From assembly GCA_963665125.2 (NCBI GenBank), contig CAXXUK010000001.1, positions 1,312,001-1,376,000 of the forward strand: 64,000 nucleotides of DNA, read 5' to 3'. Positions 1 through 9,070 of the stretch are shown piece after piece (position 1 is the stretch's first letter; each line of letters opens with the position of its first letter). This DNA is from an uncultured Desulfarculus sp. (GTDB lineage Bacteria; Desulfobacterota; Desulfarculia; Desulfarculales; Desulfarculaceae). The notes below the pieces were generated by a model. The model searched no databases. It saw only the letters and a list, made by a program, of their open reading frames with translations, and was not told the origin of the DNA. A program made the translations under genes and the position numbers.

Positions 1-491
1 GGGCGTTTATGTCTTTCAGGCTCAACGGCCTGGCCATAGACGGCGTGATAATCAACCGTATTCTGCCCCAGGACGCCCAGAGCGACTTTTTCGGGCATTG
101 GGCCAACGTTCAGAACAAGTACCTGGACATGGCCAGGGAGTTCTTCCAGCCGGTGCCCCTGTTCATGGCCCCGCTGGGCGAGGACGAGGTGCTCGGCGTG
201 GAGGCCCTGGGCCGTTTCGGCGATCAGATATTCGGCCAGATCGATCCGTCCAAGGTCTTGTACCGCCGCCAGTCCATCGACTTTATCCGCAAGGATGGCC
301 GTTGCAGCGTAAAGCTGCACATGCCCTTTGCCCAAAAACAGGAAATCGATCTGGCCAAGATAGGCGACGAGTTGATTGTCCGGGTGGGCAATATCAAGCG
401 CAGCATTATCCTGCCCCGTGCCTTCGCGGCCCTTGAGCCCACCGGGGCCAGTCTGACCAACGATGAATTAATGATCAAGCTGGGGGAATAA
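1..491 (+). CDS. ArsA/Get3-family ATPase, C-terminal part with HSP20-like domain (5' end outside window)
   Basis: Translation shows the ArsA-type 'DGVIINRILP...Q.KYL' and 'EVLGVEAL' segments, then a beta-rich tail 'VKLHMPFAQKQEIDLAKIGDELIVRVGNIKRSIILP' typical of the ArsA HSP20-like domain. The frame is open to the window edge. Confidence 0.85.
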   Translation, partial: AFMSFRLNGLAIDGVIINRILPQDAQSDFFGHWANVQNKYLDMAREFFQPVPLFMAPLGEDEVLGVEALGRFGDQIFGQIDPSKVLYRRQSIDFIRKDGRCSVKLHMPFAQKQEIDLAKIGDELIVRVGNIKRSIILPRAFAALEPTGASLTNDELMIKLGE

Positions 492-492
492 G

Positions 493-738
493 ATGACCGA
501 AGAGCAAGAATGTAAAGAGGCCAACGAGGAAAAATCCGCCAAGGAGCAGCAGTGGACCTGCCCCCTGGGCAGCGCGGCCAAGGCCATGGGCTGTGATGCC
601 CGGGCTGCCCGACGCTTTTGCGTGCACATGGGCAAGGCAGGCCTGGAGGTGCTTAAGGCATTTGAGACGCTGTTGCAGGCCGCGGCGGGCGAAGAAACTC
701 AGCCGACCAAAAAGGCAACCAAGATCAATATCGACTGA
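493..738 (+). CDS. small hypothetical protein coupled to the ArsA-like gene
   Basis: ATG 1 nt after the upstream stop, GGGGGA RBS-like sequence upstream, 81 aa, ends in KKATKINID. Confidence 0.7.
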   Translation: MTEEQECKEANEEKSAKEQQWTCPLGSAAKAMGCDARAARRFCVHMGKAGLEVLKAFETLLQAAAGEETQPTKKATKINID

Positions 739-873
739 TGGCCGGTTATAAGCCGGAGCGCCGGGGGCTGGAATCGCCGGGTGGTGACACTCACCGTGAC
801 GTCCCGGTTGAGGGCTCCATGGGCAAGCCGTGCCCCATTCCACCATCCGTATATCACGGGAATAGCCATAGCC

Positions 874-2124
874 ATGAAAAAACCACTCATTGTGCTGATG
901 TTGGGTTTGTGTCTCACCGTGACTGGTGTTTCGTTTGCCAAGACACAGGCCAATAAAGACTCTTATTCCGTTTTGTTCGAGGAAATCGTTGGCATCGTGG
1001 AAAGGCATTTTTACGATCCGGACAAAATCGCCAACGCGTTTCCCGCCATCCATGCCACTTATCGCGCGCAATTTAAAAATGAATCCACCCGGAATGGATT
1101 TTCCAGGCTCGTGAACAAGATGCTTGGTGAACTAAACGCCTCCCACACCTACTATCTGACCCCTGACGATTATGAGTACTACCAGCTGGGAGCGTTGTTT
1201 TGGAAAATACCCCAGATCAACGCCGTATTCAAAGGAAGGGAGGTGGTTTACCCCACGGTGGGAATTATTAGCCAGACCATTGAAGGACGGCCGTATGTCG
1301 TTTCAGTTCTCGCCGGAAGCGCTGCCGAACAAGCGGGCCTGTTGAAAGGCGATGAAATCCTTTCGGTCAACGGAGAGCCTTACACGCCCATCGCCTCGAT
1401 CCGGCAGTCTGTCGGCAGGGATGCGGCCTTTAAAATCAGGAGATCCGAACAATCAGAGCCGTTCACCGTTTTAATGCGGCCCACACTGGCAAACCCCACG
1501 CAGGAGATGCTGGAGGCGCAAAAAGCCAGCATCCGGATCATTGAAAGGCAGCAAAAGCGCATAGGCTACATTCACATCTGGTCCTATGCCGGCGAGGAAT
1601 ACCACACGGAACTCCACAACGCCCTGGTTTGGGGAAAACTAAAGGACGCCGATGCCCTGATTATTGACATACGTTATGGCTTGGGCGGGGCGTGGCCCTA
1701 TTACCTCAACATCTTCAACCGGAACATCCCGGCCCTCAAGATGCGCGAAAGAAACGGCTCGGAAAGCGTCGTCGATTCCCAATGGAGAAAACCGGCCGTG
1801 TACCTGGTGAACGGGTTTAGCCGTAGCGGAAAGGAATTATTGGCATTCGGCGCCAAAAAGTACCATTTGGCAACCGTACTTGGCGAACGAACCGCGGGGC
1901 ACACCCTGGGAGGCAGGCTATTCCCCTTGTCAAACGGTGACATGCTTTATCTTGCAGTGCAGAGTTGCCGTATTGACGGCGTGGATCTGGAAGGTGTTGG
2001 CGTGGCTCCCAACATCGAGGTTCCCTTTGATGTTCGGCATTGCGCTGGTCATGACGTTCAACTTGAAAAGGCTCTCGACCACCTTGTTGAGCAACTGGAG
2101 GCCAAGCAGTTACCCGTCCGGTGA
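874..2124 (+). CDS. S41-family (C-terminal processing/tricorn-like) peptidase with PDZ domain, exported
   Basis: Signal peptide MKKPLIVLMLGLCL from ATG 874. PDZ 'SAAEQAGLLKGDEILSVNG'. S41 motifs 'IGYIHI', 'ALIIDIRYGLGG', 'SRSGKE', 'GERTAG', 'LEGVGVAP'. Confidence 0.9.
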   Translation: MKKPLIVLMLGLCLTVTGVSFAKTQANKDSYSVLFEEIVGIVERHFYDPDKIANAFPAIHATYRAQFKNESTRNGFSRLVNKMLGELNASHTYYLTPDDYEYYQLGALFWKIPQINAVFKGREVVYPTVGIISQTIEGRPYVVSVLAGSAAEQAGLLKGDEILSVNGEPYTPIASIRQSVGRDAAFKIRRSEQSEPFTVLMRPTLANPTQEMLEAQKASIRIIERQQKRIGYIHIWSYAGEEYHTELHNALVWGKLKDADALIIDIRYGLGGAWPYYLNIFNRNIPALKMRERNGSESVVDSQWRKPAVYLVNGFSRSGKELLAFGAKKYHLATVLGERTAGHTLGGRLFPLSNGDMLYLAVQSCRIDGVDLEGVGVAPNIEVPFDVRHCAGHDVQLEKALDHLVEQLEAKQLPVR

Positions 2125-2301
2125 GTTGTTTCGGAAAACATCGCAATATTGCGCCGGCAGGCCCTGCCCTCGCAAAGGCCTTGCCTTATAAAGGCCGTTT
2201 GCATTATTGCTTTGTAGGTGACCTGTAAGCATATGCGTTCACGAGCCGGCACTTTCCGTGCCTGTTCAAACCGGCCACATGCGGCAAAGGGGCGTTAAGC
2301 A

Positions 2302-4029
2302 TTGAACTCCTTATATCTGGCGCTATTTTGTTTTGTCGGCTACATCATCGCCTACTTCACCTATGGCAAATTTCTGGCCCGCAAAATCTTTAAAATTGAC
2401 CCCACGGCAATCTGCCCCAGCGAAACATTACAAGACGGGGTTGACTACGTGCCCACGCCCAAAGAGGTTTTATTCGGGCACCATTTCACCTCCATAGCCG
2501 GCCTGGGCCCCATTGTCGGCCCGGCAATCGCCGTTATCTGGGGCTGGCTGCCGGCCATGATCTGGGTATTTCTCGGCTCGATATTCATGGGCGCGGTGCA
2601 CGACTTCGGCTCATTGGTGGCCTCCATGCGCCATCAGGGCCGCTCGGTGGGCGAGATTGCCTCCAAGATAGTCACGCCCAGGGTGCGGACCCTGTTCCTG
2701 CTGGTCATCTTTTTCGAGCTTTGGATCCTGATTGCCGTGTTCGCCCTGATCATCGGCATTTTGTTCAACATGTACCCCCAGTCGGTTATGCCGGTCTGGC
2801 TGGAGGTGCCCATCGCCCTGTTCCTGGGACTGGTAATTTACCGGCGAAAAGACGGGCTGCATTTTTGGGGCGGCGTGGCCCTGGTCCTGATGTATCTGAC
2901 GGTTATTATCGGCGCTTACGTTCCCTTGAAGATGCCCACTATCATGGGATTCAACCCAATCGTGCTGTGGGCCATCATCATGCTGGTCTACTCGTTCATC
3001 GCCTCCGTGCTGCCGGTGACGACCCTGCTGCAACCGAGGGACTACATCAACGGCCACCAGCTCTTCGTTGCCCTGATCCTTTTATTGGTCGCCGTGGCCG
3101 TGGCCCAGCCGGTCATTATCGCACCCATGATCAACAACAGCCCGACCGGGGCGCCGCCGGTGCTGCCGTTTTTATTCGTGGTGGTGGCCTGCGGCGCCAT
3201 CAGCGGATTCCACGCCATGGTCAGTTCGGGCACCAGCGCCAAACAGTGCGCCTCGGAAAAGGACGCCCAAATGGTGGGCTACGGCTCCATGCTTGTGGAA
3301 GCCTCGCTTTCCACATTGGTGATCATAGCCGCGGTGGCCGGCTTGGGCATGGGCATACTGGACGACGGCGGCAATACGCTCACGGGTCTCGCGGCCTATA
3401 TGGATCACTATGAAACATGGGCCGAGGCCTCGGGCCTTGGGGCCAAGCTGTCGGCCTTTGTGATTGGTTCGGCCAACATGATCGAGGCCATCGGCATTCC
3501 AAAGGAAATCGCCATGACCATCATGGGCGTGTTCCTGGTCAGTTTCGCGGCCACCACCCTGGACAGCGCCACGCGCATCCAACGCTATGTGGTGGGCGAA
3601 CTGTTTACCGCCTGGAAGATGCCCAAGCTGGCCTCCGCCTACCCGGCCACGACCATCGCCGTGGGCACCGCGGCCCTTTTGGCCTTTCACCAGGGCTTTG
3701 ACCTGGAGGACGTCAAGGCTGGAGCCTTGACCCTGTGGCCGCTGTTCGGCACGGTCAACCAGCTGTTGGCCGCCTTGGCCCTGCTGGTGCTCAGCGTATA
3801 TCTGGCCCGCCGGGGCACCAAAATCATTTTCACCATAATTCCAATGCTGTTCATGACCCTGATGACCGGATGGGCCATGGTCTACAACATGCAATCGTAT
3901 TTCACCACCAACAACTGGCTGTTGTTCTTCATCATCACCTCGGTGATGGTCCTGGAGTTGTGGATGCTGGTGGAAACCTTTATGGTGCTGCGGTACGTGT
4001 TGAACAAAAACCATAGGTTGCGGGCCTAG
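2302..4029 (+). CDS. cstA: carbon starvation protein A family transporter
   Basis: Motifs 'DGVDYVPT', 'LFGHHFTSIAGLGPIVGP', 'LLQPRDY', 'ACGAISGFH', 'LWPLFGTVNQLLA'; many TM helices; TTG start. Confidence 0.93.
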   Translation: MNSLYLALFCFVGYIIAYFTYGKFLARKIFKIDPTAICPSETLQDGVDYVPTPKEVLFGHHFTSIAGLGPIVGPAIAVIWGWLPAMIWVFLGSIFMGAVHDFGSLVASMRHQGRSVGEIASKIVTPRVRTLFLLVIFFELWILIAVFALIIGILFNMYPQSVMPVWLEVPIALFLGLVIYRRKDGLHFWGGVALVLMYLTVIIGAYVPLKMPTIMGFNPIVLWAIIMLVYSFIASVLPVTTLLQPRDYINGHQLFVALILLLVAVAVAQPVIIAPMINNSPTGAPPVLPFLFVVVACGAISGFHAMVSSGTSAKQCASEKDAQMVGYGSMLVEASLSTLVIIAAVAGLGMGILDDGGNTLTGLAAYMDHYETWAEASGLGAKLSAFVIGSANMIEAIGIPKEIAMTIMGVFLVSFAATTLDSATRIQRYVVGELFTAWKMPKLASAYPATTIAVGTAALLAFHQGFDLEDVKAGALTLWPLFGTVNQLLAALALLVLSVYLARRGTKIIFTIIPMLFMTLMTGWAMVYNMQSYFTTNNWLLFFIITSVMVLELWMLVETFMVLRYVLNKNHRLRA

Positions 4030-4077
4030 CCGGTTTCATCCCAGTCGGGCGATGGCCCACAACCATGGGATGCGAAT

Positions 4078-4110
4078 ACGGCCGTCTGGATTCAGGCGGC
4101 CGTTTTTATT
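4078..4110 (+). terminator. intrinsic terminator after cstA
   Basis: Stem ACGGCCGTCTG-gatt-CAGGCGGCCGT followed by TTTTATT. Confidence 0.75.
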
Positions 4111-4185
4111 ACCAGTATCCAGGGCCTACAACTCGTTGTCATGACTGCATTTACAGGACTTGTCCGGTTTACCTTCATCCCTCGT

Positions 4186-6594
4186 TTATTCTTTTTTCAA
4201 CCCGCCACAACAGATGTCGCAACCATCTTCGGGAAGGCTGGGCCCAAACATCCTTCTCAGCGGCACATGCAGAGGGCTGGTCACGAAAAATATTGCCGAG
4301 CCCACCAAGCCGCCGGGCGCGATATTGGCCTCGAAATCGGCAAGCCTGCCTTTGACCTCAATAGGTGTCTCCAGGCTGAAGAACTGGGCCTTTTTGGCCT
4401 GGGGCGCCAGATGAACAAAAACCGTTTCGTTTTTAAAGTCCAGCTCGGCCTCGCCATTGACCCGCATTTTACTGGTGTCGATAACCAGGCTCTCCTGCCG
4501 GAGGATGCCGTTGGTCAGTTTCAAACGGGCAAGCAGGCAGTTAATCCGTGATTGTTGCTGGGCCGTAAGGCTCTTGAAGATCGCGAACACTATGTTGGCA
4601 GCCCAAAGATCCATGATGCCGGCGCCCATGTCTTCCGGTTTGATCCAGACATTCAGATAACCGCTGGCATTGGCCATCAGGCGTTCACTGTCCGTATACC
4701 TGCCATTTATCCTGCCATCCAGGGAAAATAACCCCTTGGCCTTTGTTTGGGGGTCGCCGCGCCTGGCCAGGACGCCGTAATCGAAATTGTCTATCTTGGC
4801 CCACACATCCAGGGCGTCTTCGGTCTTGCCGGGTTTGAGCCAGCCGCCCGCCCGGACCTGGCCGCCGGGTATATTCACCTGCAAGTTGTTTATGGACATC
4901 CGACCATCGGCAATGGATAGGTCAAAAATCCCGGAGCCTAGTTCGTCTTGGCCGGAGCGCACCTGATTCACTTCGAGTTTCAATTTGGCCTTGAAGCCAT
5001 CCAGAACATCCGGGCTCAATATTTTTCCGAGTGGTTGCCCGGTGCCGCCTACTGCCAACTCTGTTTTTACCATTGTTTCCCGGCCGGTTTTTGTCTTTGC
5101 CGCGGCCGCCTTTTCCGGCTTGCCATTTTTCGTGAGGAAATCATCCAATTGCAGGAGTTTTGTTTTGAGGTCAATTGTCAGTTCAGGGACCTTGCCCGTG
5201 GTGACCAGGGACATCCAACCCGTGAGGTCGCTACGGCCCACAAGCAATTCCATCCCCTTGAGTTCATAACCCGATTTACCTATGCGCAGGTTGCCTTTCA
5301 GCTCATACGGTCCCCATTCGGGCAGAGTCACCCCTAGCAATTCACTCATGGAAGCCATTGATTGGCCCCGCATGTTAACGGCAAGGGACGCATCGCCGCT
5401 ATTGAGCGGCAAAGCCGTTATAGAGGTCATCTCCACCTCAGCCCCGGCCAAGGCCGCCTTGAATTCCAACTTTACGGGCTTGCCGCCGTCGATGTTTTCT
5501 CCTGGCGCCGGACCGGCCACGGCAATATTTGCAGAAATGCCATTCAATGACCCTTCCAGCGTCAATTGGGAATGTTGTCCGGGAGTTACGTCCCATTCCC
5601 CTCGTAAGAGCCTGACCTCGGCCTGAGCCTTGGTGTTGGAGTCCTGTAATATCCAATAGCCGTCTGTCAGCGATGCCTTGATATTTAATGATTTCATGAT
5701 GCTCGACAGGTCGTTTCCACTCCATTTGACATGCAAATCAACCTGCTTGGCCTGCGCCTTGATGCCGTCGATCAATCCTAGCCATTGAACCAACCCGCCA
5801 ATGTCGACATTGGTGAATTTCATCTTTGATTCGGAAGCGAATTGTTCGTCCTTGAGCAGCAACTGGCCGTGGGCCTCGATCGCCGATCCTCCCAATTTAC
5901 CTTCAATGCTGGTATTCCATTGGCCCCGCCCCAGGAACGCTCCCAAAGGGCTGGCTCCGATATTCAATGAAAAATGATAGTTGTCAACCCTGCCCTTGGC
6001 GTGAAAATCGACTTCGACACTACGCCCCGCCTGTCCGTTCAGCCCTTCCAGATACAGTTCATGTTGGCGGTTGCCCCCCTTGTCAAAGTACTTCAGAACG
6101 ATATTTTCCAGTTCCACACCGCTGAGTTGCACCAACCTGAGGCCGGTCCGCCCTTCCTTGTTTTCTTCTTTCGGTGGTGCGGATTGCCCCTCATTATCGG
6201 TCGAGGCCAAACAAACCAAAACGTCCCCAGCCTTGAGAGAGCTGATGCAAAGGTCCCCAAACAGCATGTCCCACAGCCCGACCTGACATTGCAACCGGCC
6301 TACTTTGGCCAGGGTCTGGTAATGACAGCCTTCGGGGTTTTGAATGGTTACATCGGCTATTTCTAGGCTGGGCCACAATGACAAGGTCAGGTATATCGGT
6401 CCGGCAACAGCGGCCTTGCGATCCGTGGCGCCTTCAACCATGCGCTCAACGGTTGGGGCAAATCGGCTAAGATCGATCCTCGGCTCGAAAATCAAGATGG
6501 CGGCCACCGCGATAAACAGCATGCCTAGCAAAACGGCAACCACCAACAACAGGATTTTATTTAATCTCGGCTTCATCGGTTTTACTAAGTCCAA
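4186..6594 (-). CDS. AsmA-family protein (alternative start ATG 6576)
   Basis: N-terminal membrane anchor, 'LSLWPSLEIADVTIQNP', long beta-rich body, C-terminal 'INCLLARLKLTNGIL...LVIDT..MRVNGEAELDFKNE' typical of AsmA. Confidence 0.8.
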   Translation of the reverse strand: MDLVKPMKPRLNKILLLVVAVLLGMLFIAVAAILIFEPRIDLSRFAPTVERMVEGATDRKAAVAGPIYLTLSLWPSLEIADVTIQNPEGCHYQTLAKVGRLQCQVGLWDMLFGDLCISSLKAGDVLVCLASTDNEGQSAPPKEENKEGRTGLRLVQLSGVELENIVLKYFDKGGNRQHELYLEGLNGQAGRSVEVDFHAKGRVDNYHFSLNIGASPLGAFLGRGQWNTSIEGKLGGSAIEAHGQLLLKDEQFASESKMKFTNVDIGGLVQWLGLIDGIKAQAKQVDLHVKWSGNDLSSIMKSLNIKASLTDGYWILQDSNTKAQAEVRLLRGEWDVTPGQHSQLTLEGSLNGISANIAVAGPAPGENIDGGKPVKLEFKAALAGAEVEMTSITALPLNSGDASLAVNMRGQSMASMSELLGVTLPEWGPYELKGNLRIGKSGYELKGMELLVGRSDLTGWMSLVTTGKVPELTIDLKTKLLQLDDFLTKNGKPEKAAAAKTKTGRETMVKTELAVGGTGQPLGKILSPDVLDGFKAKLKLEVNQVRSGQDELGSGIFDLSIADGRMSINNLQVNIPGGQVRAGGWLKPGKTEDALDVWAKIDNFDYGVLARRGDPQTKAKGLFSLDGRINGRYTDSERLMANASGYLNVWIKPEDMGAGIMDLWAANIVFAIFKSLTAQQQSRINCLLARLKLTNGILRQESLVIDTSKMRVNGEAELDFKNETVFVHLAPQAKKAQFFSLETPIEVKGRLADFEANIAPGGLVGSAIFFVTSPLHVPLRRMFGPSLPEDGCDICCGGLKKE

Positions 6595-6729
6595 CTCATT
6601 GTGCTATTGAATAAGTTGTCCCAACAAGGTCCTACAGACGGTTAGCTTAAGTATTTTGCTGCAACAACTGATAATTCAATATGATAGCCACAAGTTCCGG
6701 CTTATCTGGGATGGGGGAATCTCAGAGGA

Positions 6730-8493
6730 ATGCCAAAACAAAAGTCCGGCCACTTATTAATTTGGGTCTTTAGCCTGGTCGCCGTTACGGCGATTCTGGT
6801 GGTATTCGCCGGCGGGCCCCTGACCGGCGAATCACCAGAATCCTATAGCCAAGATTATATGTTGCCCAATATCGGCCTTGTCGAGGACAAATCCTGCGAT
6901 CTGAGCTTTACCGAAGCAAAGCGGCTTTTTAAAACCGGTCCGGTCCAACAGGTGCAAGGCGCCAAAATCAGCATCGGCTTTTCCAATTCCGCCTGGTGGG
7001 GCATGGCAAGCCTGAGAAAAGCCGCCGTGGACCGCTACAAAGGCCCCTTGATGCTCGAATTCACCAAACCGGCCTTAAGCTCCATAAGGGTGTATATTCC
7101 CCTGCGCTCCGGCCCGGACGCGCCCACCAGTTGGCTCGTTAAAACATCCGGGGAAGCCGAACCGTCCACCAGCCGGGATGTCTTGAGCCGCAGCTTTATT
7201 TTTCTGGTGCCATCCGGATATGACCCGGCCCAGCCAATCTATTTTCGCATAGAATCGTATATATCGATCAACACCCAGGTCTTGTTCTGGCTGCCTCAAA
7301 AATTGATCAGCAAGGTGTCGCTCGACAGCCTACTCTTCGGCCTTGTATACGGCGTAATGGCGGCAATGTCCCTGTATAACCTGATCCTGTTCCTGTTCCT
7401 GCGGGAAAATGTCTATCTTCACTATGTCTTCTATGTTCTCAGCGTGGCTATGTACCTGTCCGTTGTCTATGGGCATTTTCCGGCCCTGGTGGCGCCCGCC
7501 GATGGCCTGAAACCATTTTTCCGCGTGCTGATAGCCGCCCTGCCGATTTTTTTTGGTCCCTACTTCATCCGATCTTTTCTCAACATCAAAAAGACTTCGC
7601 GATTCTGGAACCGGGTGATGGTGGTGGTCATGGTCTTGGCGGCGGTATGTCCTTTGATGAGCCTGATAATTACCGTGAACGCCACCAACCAGTTCATGAC
7701 CGGACTGGGGTTCGCCAGCGGCCTGTTGTTTTTGGCCGTACTGGCAGATTATCTGCGCCGCGGGTACAAGCCTGCGAGATTTTTAATGATCGCCTGGAGC
7801 ACGTTCATCTTCGGGGTCATGATTTTTTCCCTGGGCGGCATCGTCATCCCCCGTACGCCGATCACGGTCTACACCATGGCCGTGGGAGCGGCCTTAGAGT
7901 CCATTTTGCTGTCATTCGCCCTGGCCGACCGAATCCGCCTGCTGCGCCGGTCCCACGAAATGTTGAGCGTTTCCCACAAACACTTTCGTGAACTGGCCGT
8001 GCGTGACGGCCTGACTGGCCTTTACAACAGGCGCTACACCTTCGAGCAACTCCCCGAGGAACTTGAAACCGTCAAGGGCATAGGCGGCGACATGTCCCTG
8101 ATGATGATGGACGTGGACAATTTCAAGCATTTCAACGACACCTATGGCCACCCCGAAGGCGACAAGGTGCTGGTCAAATTGGCCGAAGTCATCGCAGGCT
8201 GCATCCGGGCCCAGGACTCGGGCTGCCGTTATGGAGGCGAAGAGTTTGTGGTGGTGTTGCCCGGCACCGCCGAGCAGGATGCCTTTCGCGTTGCCGAAAG
8301 AATAAGAATTCAATTCAGCCAAAGCGTATTCAACCCCAAGCCCGATGAATCAGTGCAGGTTACCGTAAGTATCGGGCTGACCAGTCTGCAAAGCCGTGAC
8401 GAGGACGCCGACAAGCTTATCAAGCAGGCTGACGCGGCCTTGTACGAGGCAAAATCGCTGGGTAAAAATCAAACATTTCGGCTCAAGACCTAG
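6730..8493 (+). CDS. 7TM-DISM sensor diguanylate cyclase
   Basis: Periplasmic DISM-like domain, 7TM region ('GLVYGVMAAMSLYNLILFLFLRE', 'LESILLSFALADRI'), 'DGLTGLYNRR', 'DVDNFKHFNDTYGH', RxxD I-site 'RAQD' and intact GGEEF. Confidence 0.93.
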   Translation: MPKQKSGHLLIWVFSLVAVTAILVVFAGGPLTGESPESYSQDYMLPNIGLVEDKSCDLSFTEAKRLFKTGPVQQVQGAKISIGFSNSAWWGMASLRKAAVDRYKGPLMLEFTKPALSSIRVYIPLRSGPDAPTSWLVKTSGEAEPSTSRDVLSRSFIFLVPSGYDPAQPIYFRIESYISINTQVLFWLPQKLISKVSLDSLLFGLVYGVMAAMSLYNLILFLFLRENVYLHYVFYVLSVAMYLSVVYGHFPALVAPADGLKPFFRVLIAALPIFFGPYFIRSFLNIKKTSRFWNRVMVVVMVLAAVCPLMSLIITVNATNQFMTGLGFASGLLFLAVLADYLRRGYKPARFLMIAWSTFIFGVMIFSLGGIVIPRTPITVYTMAVGAALESILLSFALADRIRLLRRSHEMLSVSHKHFRELAVRDGLTGLYNRRYTFEQLPEELETVKGIGGDMSLMMMDVDNFKHFNDTYGHPEGDKVLVKLAEVIAGCIRAQDSGCRYGGEEFVVVLPGTAEQDAFRVAERIRIQFSQSVFNPKPDESVQVTVSIGLTSLQSRDEDADKLIKQADAALYEAKSLGKNQTFRLKT

Positions 8494-8564
8494 TTGAAGG
8501 GCATCGTCCTGTTTTATGCATCAGGTTTGCCGACAACTTTTTAATTGAAAGCGAAGATGGGGAA

Positions 8565-9056
8565 ATGAAAAGACAAAACTCATGCGACTTGGCCCAAGGG
8601 TTTACCATCGGGGAAAAGCTCTTCGCCCAGATCACCTTCAACGGCTTTTGGATAACCGCATTCGCCGCCATCTGGCAAAGCAGCGTCCCATGGTCGTTGA
8701 TTTATCTTGGACTGGTGGTTTACGGCGTTATCGGACTAGTGCAACGGCAATTGGCCTGCCCCAGGTGCCCCCATCTATATGAGTACGGAGACTGTCTACA
8801 GGCCCCGCCAAAGCTCACCAAGCTCATCGTCAAAAAGCCCACGACCCAACCCATGAACAAGGCCCAGCGCTTTTTGTTTGTGGTGGTTTTCGTGGTGATT
8901 ACGCTTTTCCCTCAATATTGGCTGGTTTCATTGCCGGGATATTTCACAGCCTTTTGGGTTTTCAGCGGTGCCTGGTATTTGGGGCAGTTCCTTTATTTCT
9001 GCAAGCGATGCCGGGTGTCAAGCTGCCCGTTTTGCCGGGCAAAGGCGATCAACTAA
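8565..9056 (+). CDS. Cys-rich integral membrane hypothetical protein
   Basis: About 4 hydrophobic segments, with CPRCPH...DC and CKRCRVSSCPFC clusters; GGGG RBS-like sequence. Confidence 0.7.
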   Translation: MKRQNSCDLAQGFTIGEKLFAQITFNGFWITAFAAIWQSSVPWSLIYLGLVVYGVIGLVQRQLACPRCPHLYEYGDCLQAPPKLTKLIVKKPTTQPMNKAQRFLFVVVFVVITLFPQYWLVSLPGYFTAFWVFSGAWYLGQFLYFCKRCRVSSCPFCRAKAIN

Positions 9057-9070
9057 GTAGATGCCACAAA

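Noticed and set aside
1..491. Arsenic resistance operon
   Set aside because: No arsB, acr3, arsC, arsD or arsR is visible downstream, and the HSP20-like tail points to a Get3-like clade. The upstream context is outside the window.
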